Positions 38,137 to 47,429 of a stretch of DNA of 64,000 bases are shown piece by piece (the stretch's first letter is position 1; the number at the start of each line of letters is the position of its first letter). The stretch covers positions 19,009-83,008 of the forward strand of contig JADKCV010000018.1 in assembly GCA_016718655.1 (NCBI GenBank). Direction: 5' to 3'. The position numbers and the translations under genes were made by a program. Source of the stretch: Flavobacteriales bacterium (lineage in GTDB: Bacteria > Bacteroidota > Bacteroidia > Flavobacteriales_F > PHOS-HE28). The notes under the pieces are model-generated. The model saw only the letters and a program-made list of their open reading frames with translations, was not told the origin of the DNA and made no database searches.

Positions 38137-39932
38137 AAAAGACCCTCACAGCCAACATCAGCGGAACGGTGTTCCACATCGAGGAGGACGCCTATGATCG
38201 CTTGCACCGCTACCTGAACACCATCCGCTCCCAATTCACGGGCACGGACGGTCGGGAGGAGATCATGGCCGACATCGAATCGCGTATCGCGGAGCTCTTC
38301 ACGGAGCGTTTGGACGGCCGTCGCCAGGTGGTCTCCATCGACGATGTGGAGCACGTCATCGGCATCATGGGCCAACCCGAGGACTACATGATGGGCGAAA
38401 ACGCCGGAGGCGAGCAGCGAAGCACCGGAAGCGAACGGTCGGACAAAGGCCCCAATTGGACCATGGGCGAGGCCGGCCGTCGCAGCGGTAAGCGCTTGTT
38501 CCGCGATCCGGAGGATAAGTGGGTGGGCGGTGTATTGGGCGGTGTGGGAGCCTACTTCAACATCGACCCGTTGATCCTGCGCCTCATCTACCTCGTGTTC
38601 CTGTTCCTGGGCTTCGGTTTCATCCTGTACTTGATCCTCTGGATCGTGGTGCCCAAGGCCGATTCCGCAGCGGACATGCTACAGATGCGCGGAGAGCCGG
38701 TGACGGTCGATAACATCAAGCGAATGTTCGAGGAAGGTGCCGAGCGTTTCCAGCAAGGCTCACGTACCGTGGCCAACGAGGCCGAGGAGATGGGTCGCCG
38801 CTGGAGCCAAAGTGGCCAGAAATGGGGTCAGGGCGCCGGGCGCGATCTGGAGGACGGTATCAAGCGACTGCTCTCGGTGATCGGCAAGGTCATCGGCGTG
38901 GCCTTCCTGGTGGTCGGTTCCATCATCACCGTCGGCATGCTGGGCGCATTGATCGGTGGCGGCACCATCACTTACGACAACCTCACCGGCCTCGGCACCA
39001 CCAGCTTGTTCGATCTCGGTGCCGTGGTGTTCGACCACACGTCGCAAGCCATGTGGTTCATCACTTCCATCCTACTGCTCGTCATCATTCCGACCATTGG
39101 CCTGATCATCGGTGGGTTACGACTGGTCACAGGTGCCAAAGCTCCGCAGTGGACGGGGTGGGTACTATCCATCGGCTGGACCGTGGCGCTCATCGTGGCG
39201 TTGATCATCGGATCCAAAGTGGGTAACGACTTCAGCAGCGACCAGACCACGGTGGACGAGGTGCCACTGATGCAGCCCACGGGCGAGACCCTCTTCCTGG
39301 ACATCCACGACATGCGCGGCAACGGTGGCGACTGGTCGGTGAAGTACGACGATGGCCGCGTGGACTGGGATATGGACGGCCTGAAGCTGACAGCGGACAG
39401 CATCCATGGTGCATGGGCCGACCTGGACGTGGTGCAGAGCCCGGACAGCCTCTACCACCTTATGGTGGAGCGCCGCGCCAATGGCCGCACGGACAAGATG
39501 GCGCTGGCACGTGCCTCGCACACGGCCTTCACCTACCTGCAGGAGGATTCGCTCGTGCGTTTCTCACCCTGGGTGGACATGCCCAAGGCGGACAAGCTGC
39601 GCGCCCAATCCGTGAAGTTCGTGATACAGGTGCCCGTGGGTAAGGCGGTCCATTTCAAGGGCGGCACGGGCCTGCTGTTGGACGATGTGGACAATGTGAG
39701 CAACACCTGGGACCAGGACATGGTGGGCCGCACCTGGACCATGACCCGTTTCGGATTGAACGACAAGGTGCGCCCGGAAGAAGTAGACAACGAGGTGATC
39801 TCACCTGCGGACCAACCCGGTACCGCACCGCAAGTACCATCTGAAGCACCGGAACCACGCCCCACCACGGTGGACATACGTACGACAGCCACGCTGCCCA
39901 ACCTGCTGGACATGCTGGTGCCCCGAAGCTGA
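38133..39932 (+). CDS. PspC domain-containing envelope-stress protein (Bacteroidota type)
   Basis: ATGA overlap with padR; MKKTLTANISG...DIESRIAELF; KRLFRDPEDKWVGGVLGG (PspC); TM hairpins; C-terminal beta-rich domain. Confidence 0.9.
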   Translation: MKKTLTANISGTVFHIEEDAYDRLHRYLNTIRSQFTGTDGREEIMADIESRIAELFTERLDGRRQVVSIDDVEHVIGIMGQPEDYMMGENAGGEQRSTGSERSDKGPNWTMGEAGRRSGKRLFRDPEDKWVGGVLGGVGAYFNIDPLILRLIYLVFLFLGFGFILYLILWIVVPKADSAADMLQMRGEPVTVDNIKRMFEEGAERFQQGSRTVANEAEEMGRRWSQSGQKWGQGAGRDLEDGIKRLLSVIGKVIGVAFLVVGSIITVGMLGALIGGGTITYDNLTGLGTTSLFDLGAVVFDHTSQAMWFITSILLLVIIPTIGLIIGGLRLVTGAKAPQWTGWVLSIGWTVALIVALIIGSKVGNDFSSDQTTVDEVPLMQPTGETLFLDIHDMRGNGGDWSVKYDDGRVDWDMDGLKLTADSIHGAWADLDVVQSPDSLYHLMVERRANGRTDKMALARASHTAFTYLQEDSLVRFSPWVDMPKADKLRAQSVKFVIQVPVGKAVHFKGGTGLLLDDVDNVSNTWDQDMVGRTWTMTRFGLNDKVRPEEVDNEVISPADQPGTAPQVPSEAPEPRPTTVDIRTTATLPNLLDMLVPRS

Positions 39933-40111
39933 ACCTTGCCGCTCCGCACGGCTGGCGCAACGAGGGATGCGACCTGCCGCCAGACGCCCTGCGTCCCCGC
40001 CGAAAGGAGGGTCGCGGGGCGGCAATGTTCGGGGGAGTTGGATCGGTTCCGCGCACGCCACGACCTCTACCTTCGCACTTCACGCTCATTCGACCCTGTA
40101 CCACCACTCCC

Positions 40112-41152
40112 ATGACCAAAGCCGCCAAGATCAAGGCCTTCAACCCCAACGACCCCGCCTCGGCAGACGCCGGTATCTACGGGTTGCCCTTCACCGCTGC
40201 TGAGTGCGATATCGTGCTGGTGCCGGTGCCGTGGGAAGTGACCACCAGCTACGGCGGGGGTACGTCACTGGGGCCTGATGCCATCCTGGAGGCCAGTTTC
40301 CAGGTGGATCTTTTCAATCCCGAATTCCCGGAGCTGTGGAAACGTGGGATACACATGGATGAGCTGCCCGAAGCGCTGCTGGAACAGAGCAAGGCCTTGA
40401 AGAAGGAAGCCAAGCACGTGATCGACCTGCTTGTGAACGGAGGCGATGCGAAGAAGAAGGCCAAGGCCGATAAGGCCCTCGCCCGCATCAACGCCGAATG
40501 TGCGGTGATGAACGATTGGGTGGAGCAGCGTTGCGCCTATTGGCTCGACCAAGGCAAGTTGGTGGGGCTGGTGGGAGGCGACCACAGCACCCCGCTGGGG
40601 TTCTTCCGCGCGCAAGCCGCCCGGCACAAGAAGTTCGGCATTCTGCACATCGACGCCCACCTCGATCTGCGCATCGCCTACGAAGGCTTCACCTACAGCC
40701 ACGCTAGTATCCTCTACAACACGCTGCCGCTGAAGTCGGTGGAGCGCATTGTGAGCGTGGGTATCCGCGACTTCTGCGAGCAGGAGAACGACCTCATCGT
40801 GAAGCATCCGTACCGCTTGAAGGTGGTGCGCAGCGCGGACATCCGTCGGCAGCAATACGGCGGTATCACCTGGAAGGAGCAGTGCGATGCCATCATCGAT
40901 GCATTGCCGGAGAAGGTCCACATCACCTTCGACATCGACGGCCTCGACCCGACGTTGTGTCCGAACACGGGAACACCCGTACCGGGCGGCTTCCAGTTCG
41001 AGGAGGCCACCTACCTGCTCTCGCGCTTGGCCGCCAAGCGCACCGTCATCGGCTTCGACCTGGTGGAGGTGTCGCCCGGCAAGGATGAGTGGGACGCCAA
41101 CGTGGGTGCGCGCCTGCTGTTCCACTTGTGCGGTGTGTTGGCCAAGCGCTGA
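40112..41152 (+). CDS. Agmatinase family ureohydrolase
   Basis: VPWEVTTSYGGGT..GP, GGDHS, HIDAHLD, FTYSHAS, TFDIDGLDP...TGTPVPGG, FDLVEV. Confidence 0.92.
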   Translation: MTKAAKIKAFNPNDPASADAGIYGLPFTAAECDIVLVPVPWEVTTSYGGGTSLGPDAILEASFQVDLFNPEFPELWKRGIHMDELPEALLEQSKALKKEAKHVIDLLVNGGDAKKKAKADKALARINAECAVMNDWVEQRCAYWLDQGKLVGLVGGDHSTPLGFFRAQAARHKKFGILHIDAHLDLRIAYEGFTYSHASILYNTLPLKSVERIVSVGIRDFCEQENDLIVKHPYRLKVVRSADIRRQQYGGITWKEQCDAIIDALPEKVHITFDIDGLDPTLCPNTGTPVPGGFQFEEATYLLSRLAAKRTVIGFDLVEVSPGKDEWDANVGARLLFHLCGVLAKR

Positions 41153-41166
41153 TCCAAGGTCCCTCC

Positions 41167-41951
41167 ATGGTCAAGGCCTTGCTCCGTCGCCTGCTCGATG
41201 AACGGCAGCGGTACCTGCTGGGCCGGCGCTGGGTGGACCTGCGCACGTGGCTTTTCCGATCGGACCTGACGGCACTTGCGCGGTTCTATGGCACCGACAA
41301 ATGGGGGCGGCATTTCTACACGCCGCACTACCAGCAGCACTTCGCACCGTTCCGTAAGCGCCCCATTACCCTGTTGGAGATCGGCGGGGGCGGATGCGAT
41401 CCGCGCAACGGGGACACAGCCTGCGCATGTGGAAACGCTACTTCCCGAAGGGCTCCATCGTTTCGTTGGACATCCAGGAGAAGTCGTGGTTGGAGGAGCC
41501 CCGCATCCGCATCCATCGCGGCAGCCAAGTGGACCTGCCGTTCCTGGACAGCGTCCTCGCCGAGCACGGCGCACCGGACCTGATCATCGACGATGGCAGC
41601 CACATCAACGCGCACATCATCACCACCTTCAAGCACCTGTTCCCCCGCTTGAAGGAGGGGGGCTACTACGTGATCGAGGACACCCAGACCTCCTATTGGC
41701 CCGAATTCGGTGGTGATAGCCAGGACCTGCACAGCGCGCCCACGGCCATGAACCACTTCAAGGCCCTCGTGGACGGCATGAACCATGCGGAATACCGCGT
41801 GCCAGGCTACTCGCCCTCCTACTGTGACCGGCACATCGTGGCCATGCACTTCTACCACAACCTCATCTTCATTCGCGGAAGAAGGAGGAGGGGGTTCGAA
41901 CTGAACAATTGGCCCGGCCAGCTTGAATGCCTCCCAGGCGCAAGCCATTGA
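41167..41951 (+). CDS. Class I SAM-dependent methyltransferase (MycE/TylE sugar O-methyltransferase-like); -1 frameshift at ~41410-41413
   Basis: YGTDKWG.HFY, LLEIG.GG, then (G4 to G5) GHSLRMWKRYFP, DLIIDDGSH, GGYYVIEDTQTSYW. The 3' end may also be affected. Confidence 0.8.
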
Positions 41952-42351
41952 AGCCCCCGAGGCGGACTACCTCTACGTGGATACCTCGCGCATCGCCGGT
42001 GCAGGCCTCGGGCTCTTCACCGCGATCCCTATCCATCGCGGTGAGGTGGTGGCTGTGTATACCGGTGAACGGTTCTCGAGAAAAGAGGCACGTCTTCGTG
42101 CAATACGCGGGGAGGATTCCTACTTCGTGACCTTGATGGGCGGCGACACCCTCGACAGCATGCATAGTGACTGCTTCGCCAAGTATGCCAATGATGTGGA
42201 AGGTCCCGCCACCTCACTCCTGCGGAATAATTCAGTGATCACACTGGATGGATCCGGAAGGCCCTGTGTGATGGCCACGCGCCGGATCCCAGCGGGCGGT
42301 GAAGTGTATGTGGCCTACGGCAAGCCCTATTGGGCCCAGCGCATGGTATAG
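41923..42351 (+). CDS. Bacterial SET-domain protein-lysine methyltransferase-like protein
   Basis: SRIAGAGLGLF (motif I), FAKYAND, ATRRIPAGGEVYVAYG..YW. Confidence 0.88.
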   Translation: MNASQAQAIEAPEADYLYVDTSRIAGAGLGLFTAIPIHRGEVVAVYTGERFSRKEARLRAIRGEDSYFVTLMGGDTLDSMHSDCFAKYANDVEGPATSLLRNNSVITLDGSGRPCVMATRRIPAGGEVYVAYGKPYWAQRMV

Positions 42352-42358
42352 TTCAGGC

Positions 42359-43131
42359 TCAGCGGGCTTCCCATGCTTGGCGCAATGCACCCAGGAAGGC
42401 ATCGCTCTGCTGTGCGCCGCTCACTGCGAACTTGCGATCGAGCGCGAAGAAGGGCACGCCGCGAACGCCCAACTGCCGGGCCTCCGCCTCATCCTTGCGT
42501 ACTGCATCAGTGAACGCAATGGTCGTGAGCATTTCCGCCACAGCAGCCCCATCCAGGCCCACCTCACTAGCCAGACGGATGAGCGTAGGAACATCGGCAA
42601 GTGGGCGCCCTCCGTGAAATAGGCCTTGAACAGCCGCTCTTTCATTGCATTACCCTTCGCCACGGTCTTGGCGTATTGCAACACACGGTGCGCATCGAAG
42701 CTGCTGCCGATCACCGCCTTGTCCATGGCGTACTCCAAGCCGACCGTGCGAGCACGGTCCACCACACCCTGCACGCGCGCTTGGGCATCGGCGCGCGTAC
42801 CACCGTACTTGGCCACGAGCATGCCGTACATGTCGTGTTCACTGCGGGGCGGTGCTTCGGGGTCCAGTTCGAAGCTGCGCCATACCACTTCCACGCTGTC
42901 GCGATGCTCGAACTCCGCCAAGGCCCGCTCGAACTCGCGCTTACCGATGTAGCAGAACGGGCATACCACATCACTCCAGATCTCGACCTTCAGCGTGTTC
43001 TTCGTGTTCAAAGGATCCGTTGGCATGGCGTTAGATGGTGCTTGGGCAGGTGCAGGTGAACGCGCGCAACCCAGTACCAGAACTGCGGCCAACATAGCGA
43101 AATGCCATGGACTTCGCGGAGGGGAAGGCAT
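42359..43131 (-). CDS. DsbA family oxidoreductase (FrnE-like), probably a lipoprotein; -1 frameshift at ~42598
   Basis: LVLGC lipobox; EIWSDVVCPFCYIGKR; WRSFELDP; SFDAHR; after the shift GVRGVPFF...VSGAQ. Confidence 0.88.
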
Positions 43132-43135
43132 GCGA

Positions 43136-43143
43136 CAAATGTA
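43136..43143 (-). promoter_or_regulatory. -7 box TACATTTG, 12 nt before ATG 43131
   Basis: Exact TAnnTTTG match. Confidence 0.6.
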
Positions 43144-43246
43144 ACTCGGTGCGTTGCCTACGTGCTGGTCCAACAGTCCCCTTTTGATGAAAAGCAGGGT
43201 GATACCGTATGGTGTTCGGATGGTCTTCCTTGCTTTACGTCCGAAC

Positions 43247-44671
43247 ATGTCAGCCATTCGACACCTGCTCTGGTACACGTTCCTGTTCGGGGCTGCGTTA
43301 CACGCTACCGGACAGTCGACCTGGCGGGCAGATGGCTTGCTGCGGACCTGGCCAGTGCAACAGGCCATGGAACGAACAATTAACCGGCCGCAGGGTGGCG
43401 TCATATCCGCCCTGGACACCCGCGACCTGGCCCGGACGTTGCGCGCTGGACATCCGGACCTGCCGGTATTCGCGGATAGCGCTGTGACCCGACTTGTGGA
43501 AGGCTATGGACAGGAACACCGCGAACACCTGCGGGTGATGCTCGGTGTGTTCGCTACGTATGAGCCGTTCCTGGAAGCCCAAGTGCGTGCTGCCGGACTA
43601 CCGGAAGAAGTGAAATACCTGCCATTGGCCCTGTCCGGCATGAACCCGCTGGCCGCATCTCCAAGTGGTGGCGCCGGGCCCTGGCGCTTGACCCGTTCAG
43701 TGGCAGTGCGGTACGGCTTGGTAGTGAACAACGGTATCGACGAGCGCTATGACATCCGATCAAGCACGTTCGCAGCCATGAACCATGCCCGCGACTTGCA
43801 GCAACAATATCCGACGCTGGAATTGGCCCTCATCGCGTTCGCCTGTGGACCGGCCAACCTCACACGTGCACGGCAACGCAGCGGTGGCGCTACCGGTATG
43901 CAAGCCCTTCACCCGCATATGGACCTGCCGGAGCAGGACATTCTGCCCACCTGGATGGCAATGATGTATCTGGCGGAAGAGGCATCCACGCTCGGCATCA
44001 GGCCATTCATTCCGGGATCGGCCGAGCCGGTGGATACCGTACGGACCACTCGTGCTTGGCGCTTGGCCGGGATCGAGGAGGCATTGGGAATACCGGCTGC
44101 ACAATTGCGTTGGTTGAACCCTGTGATCTGTGGGACCCATGTGCCTGCTTACCATGCCCTCTTGTTACCGGAAGGCGGTCGCGCGCGGTTCGAAGCCATG
44201 ACAGACAGCTTGATCAGCCACGAAGCAGCGGAACGCGAGCAAGTGGCCACGCTGACCACTGGAAGTGATGAGGTACAGCGGTTACCGGATGGGCGCGAAG
44301 CGACCTACCATCGGGTGAGGCCAGGCGACCAGCTCGGTAGGATCGCTTCACGCTACGGTGTGGGCTTATCAGAGTTGAAGGCGTGGAACCAATTGAAGAA
44401 CGATCATATCGAAGTGGGTGAACTCCTCACCGTCTACGTGACCACCGGTGTGCGCGAGCGAACCGAGGGAACCGCTGGGGAAGATGATCGCGATGTGGCG
44501 ACAAAACAAGGGACGAAGGACCCGACATTCGCATGGTATACCGTGAAGCGCGGGGATTCCCTCTATTCCATCGCCAAACGGCACAGCGGTGTGAATGCCG
44601 ATGACCTGATGCGCCTGAACAACATCGGCCCGAACATCAAGGCTGGGCAGCGCATCAAGATCCCCAAGTGA
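43247..44671 (+). CDS. MltD-like lytic transglycosylase/LysM protein with a degenerate active site
   Basis: Signal peptide; SLT-like segment GLPEEVKYLPLALS...DERYDIRSSTFAA; two LysM domains (YHRVRPGDQLGRIA, WYTVKRGDSLYSIA). Confidence 0.85.
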   Translation: MSAIRHLLWYTFLFGAALHATGQSTWRADGLLRTWPVQQAMERTINRPQGGVISALDTRDLARTLRAGHPDLPVFADSAVTRLVEGYGQEHREHLRVMLGVFATYEPFLEAQVRAAGLPEEVKYLPLALSGMNPLAASPSGGAGPWRLTRSVAVRYGLVVNNGIDERYDIRSSTFAAMNHARDLQQQYPTLELALIAFACGPANLTRARQRSGGATGMQALHPHMDLPEQDILPTWMAMMYLAEEASTLGIRPFIPGSAEPVDTVRTTRAWRLAGIEEALGIPAAQLRWLNPVICGTHVPAYHALLLPEGGRARFEAMTDSLISHEAAEREQVATLTTGSDEVQRLPDGREATYHRVRPGDQLGRIASRYGVGLSELKAWNQLKNDHIEVGELLTVYVTTGVRERTEGTAGEDDRDVATKQGTKDPTFAWYTVKRGDSLYSIAKRHSGVNADDLMRLNNIGPNIKAGQRIKIPK

Positions 44672-46149
44672 GCATGCGGCCGGCACACACGTTACTCTTT
44701 CTGCTCCTGGTCCTTGGCACGTTGAGTGTGTTGGGGTTGCTCTGGCCGGTCGCCGGTGTGGAGGTCGCTGGAACGGTCATCCGCATGCCTTCTCCACGCA
44801 CCTTGTTCGTTCAAGATGCAGCAACCGTTGTGGACATCAGCGCGATCGAAGCCCTGAAGACCGATAGCCTACCGGGTATGGACAGCACATCCGTAGCGCT
44901 GGACACCGTTCCGACCGGACGTCCCTTCGTACTCGATACGAGTGCACTCCCCCCGCTCCAGGAACGCATCGCATTGCACTATCCCAACGGGGATCGCTCG
45001 GTCTTGTACGGCCTGTTCGATGCCTTGCGCAACGCGGGTTCCGGCGCGGCCCGGGTACGTGTGCTGCACTACGGTGATTCCCAGATCGAAGGGGACCGGA
45101 TCACCTCGTACATCCGGCACAAGTTGCAATCGCAGTTCGGTGGTCAGGGACCGGGGTTGGTATCGGTGGCGGACATCACGCCGTTCTTCAGTGTGGAGCG
45201 TATCCTTTCGGATAATTGGCAGCGCTACAGTGTGATGGGCCGCAAGCCCCGCGGCCTTCACCACGACCGTTTTGGTGCACTGGGGTCGTTCAGCCGCTTC
45301 ACCCCCATCCTGCCCGATAGCGTAGGTCCGGACACGATCATCCACAACGCGTCGTTGCTGCTTCGTCCGGAGCCACGGGCTTATGGCAAGGCACGTACAT
45401 ACGACAGGTGTCGGCTCTTCCTGGGTTGGCATCGGGGTCCGCTCACGATCGAGGTCCTGCATGAAGGCACAACGGTCTCGACCGAGGAGGTACCTCCCCA
45501 GGCGAACCTCATCATGAAGGAATGGCCTGTGCCTGCGGGCTCCGGCACGTTGGAGATCCGCTTCACCGGTGCCGACAGCCCGGATGTTTTCGGTGTATCG
45601 CTGGAAGGCCGACAAGGCGTGACCGTGGACAACCTCGCAATGCGCGGAGGTGCTGGCTACGAGTTCGGTCGAATGGACCAGGACCTGCTGCGCGGCATGT
45701 ATGGGGCACTTTCGCCGGACCTGTTGATCCTACAATTCGGCGGCAACGTACTGCCCAACATCACCAGCGCCGATCAGGCCGAACGTTATGGAAGCTTCTT
45801 CGGCGGGCAGATCGCGCGATTCAAACGGATGATACCCGGCGTCGCGGTCATCGTCATCGGTCCCAGTGATATGAGCGTGAAAGAGGGTGAGTACTTCGTG
45901 ACCCGCCCGTTCCTGGAGGAGGTGAACGCCGCCATGAAGCGCAACACCTTGGCCCAGGGCGCGGTGTTCTGGGACATGTACGCCGCGATGGGTGGACGCA
46001 ACAGCATGGTCAGCTGGGTGGAGGCCGATCCTCCCTTGGCCGCTACGGACTACACGCACTTCAGCCCACAGGGTGCGCGCAAGGTGGGCGAACTGTTCTG
46101 GACGGCGTTCATCAACGACCTGGCGGCCTATCACAAGCAGCACCCATGA
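44668..46149 (+). CDS. SGNH/GDSL family protein (PatB/Ape-like O-acetyltransferase or esterase)
   Basis: N-terminal anchor; VLHYGDSQIEGD; ILQFGGN; DYTHF (DxxH); GTGA overlap with the upstream stop. Confidence 0.85.
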   Translation: MSMRPAHTLLFLLLVLGTLSVLGLLWPVAGVEVAGTVIRMPSPRTLFVQDAATVVDISAIEALKTDSLPGMDSTSVALDTVPTGRPFVLDTSALPPLQERIALHYPNGDRSVLYGLFDALRNAGSGAARVRVLHYGDSQIEGDRITSYIRHKLQSQFGGQGPGLVSVADITPFFSVERILSDNWQRYSVMGRKPRGLHHDRFGALGSFSRFTPILPDSVGPDTIIHNASLLLRPEPRAYGKARTYDRCRLFLGWHRGPLTIEVLHEGTTVSTEEVPPQANLIMKEWPVPAGSGTLEIRFTGADSPDVFGVSLEGRQGVTVDNLAMRGGAGYEFGRMDQDLLRGMYGALSPDLLILQFGGNVLPNITSADQAERYGSFFGGQIARFKRMIPGVAVIVIGPSDMSVKEGEYFVTRPFLEEVNAAMKRNTLAQGAVFWDMYAAMGGRNSMVSWVEADPPLAATDYTHFSPQGARKVGELFWTAFINDLAAYHKQHP

Positions 46150-47417
46150 AACGCAGCCGTTCCCACTTCTTTCGGCGCACACCTGCCATGCCTGCCGCCC
46201 TGCTCCTTGTGTGCATACAGGGCGCATGCGCACAGGAGGACATGGCCCGCTTGAAGGACCTGCCATTCATCGGCCATGGGTCCAACCGCATCGAATTACG
46301 CGGCGACAGTGCGGATTGGAAAGGCCTTCACGCGAAGCTGGATCGCCTGCAATTCCAAGGCGAAGGACGTATCGACATCCTACATATCGGCGGTTCTCAC
46401 GTTCAGGCGGACATGTGGAGCATGCAGATGCGGCATCGGGCGCAGACCATGGCCCCTGGGCTGAGGGGTGCGCGGGGCTTCATCTTTCCATACGCCATGG
46501 CCAAGAGCAACAATCCCTATTGGTACGAACCGATATTCACGGGGGCTTGGACCGCAGTGCGCAACGTCAACCGTGCGGACAGCAGTAGCCTGGGTCTTGC
46601 CGGAATATCGGTCACCACACGGGACAGTGTGGCCGACCTACGCGTGAGCTTCCGTGGTGAGGTCTACCCAGGGTACACCTTCAACCGGGCCACCGTCCTG
46701 CATCGGATGGACAGCAGCATGACCGTGGCCGCTTGGACACGCGATAGCACCGTACGCATCACCACCACGACCGACACTGCTGCCTGGACGACCACCTTCC
46801 ACTTCGATCGGTACTTGGATACGCTGAACCTGCGCTTCACCCGGACCGACAGTGCTCACGCCCTCTTCACCCTGCATGGCCTTGTGCTCGACAGCGACGA
46901 CCCTGGGATGGTCCTGCATGCGAGCGGGGTCAATGGGGCCAGCACCACCAGTTGGCTGCGATGCCAGCGCTTCACGCAGGACATGCGCCTCATCACGCCC
47001 GACCTCGCGATCCTTTCCATTGGCATCAACGATGCACATGATCCGGACTTCGATGCCGATCGGTTCAAGCGCAACTACCGGGAGCTGATCACCCGCATCA
47101 AAGAAGCCTCACCGGACGCAGCGATCCTGCTCACCACCAATACGGATAGTTACATGAAGCGCAAGGTGCCCAACCGCAATGCCGAGGTCGTGCGTCGGGT
47201 CATGCAGGAGCTATCGACCGAGACCGGTGCGGGGGTGTGGGACGCTCTGGGGGTGATGGGTGGTGTGGGCGCCATCAAGCAATGGGAAGCCGTGGGCCTT
47301 GCCAAGCGCGATCGCATCCATATGACGCGGGAAGGCTATGCCTTGCTCGGCGACCTGCTCATGGACGCGTGGATGGACCTCTACGATGCGCACCTCAAGC
47401 GCCTTGCTCATCGGTGA
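46146..47417 (+). CDS. Second SGNH/GDSL family protein
   Basis: ILHIGGSHVQAD; GVNGA; SIGINDA; DRIHM (DxxH); ATGA overlap. Confidence 0.85.
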   Translation: MKRSRSHFFRRTPAMPAALLLVCIQGACAQEDMARLKDLPFIGHGSNRIELRGDSADWKGLHAKLDRLQFQGEGRIDILHIGGSHVQADMWSMQMRHRAQTMAPGLRGARGFIFPYAMAKSNNPYWYEPIFTGAWTAVRNVNRADSSSLGLAGISVTTRDSVADLRVSFRGEVYPGYTFNRATVLHRMDSSMTVAAWTRDSTVRITTTTDTAAWTTTFHFDRYLDTLNLRFTRTDSAHALFTLHGLVLDSDDPGMVLHASGVNGASTTSWLRCQRFTQDMRLITPDLAILSIGINDAHDPDFDADRFKRNYRELITRIKEASPDAAILLTTNTDSYMKRKVPNRNAEVVRRVMQELSTETGAGVWDALGVMGGVGAIKQWEAVGLAKRDRIHMTREGYALLGDLLMDAWMDLYDAHLKRLAHR

Positions 47418-47429
47418 TCACAAGCGAAC

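Noticed and set aside
39933-40060. Riboswitch (e.g. guanidine class) upstream of the agmatinase-family gene
   Set aside because: GC-rich and foldable, but no paired ACGR-loop hairpins or ykkC consensus seen. A -7 box (TACCTTCG, 40068) lies downstream, so the region is probably outside that transcript's leader.
41880-41910. tRNA suggested by GGTTCGAA
   Set aside because: It lies within coding sequence and has no cloverleaf or acceptor stem.
46146-47417. Second SGNH protein as a dead enzyme (GGSH instead of GDS)
   Set aside because: The nucleophile Ser, block III Asn (GIND) and DxxH are all retained.
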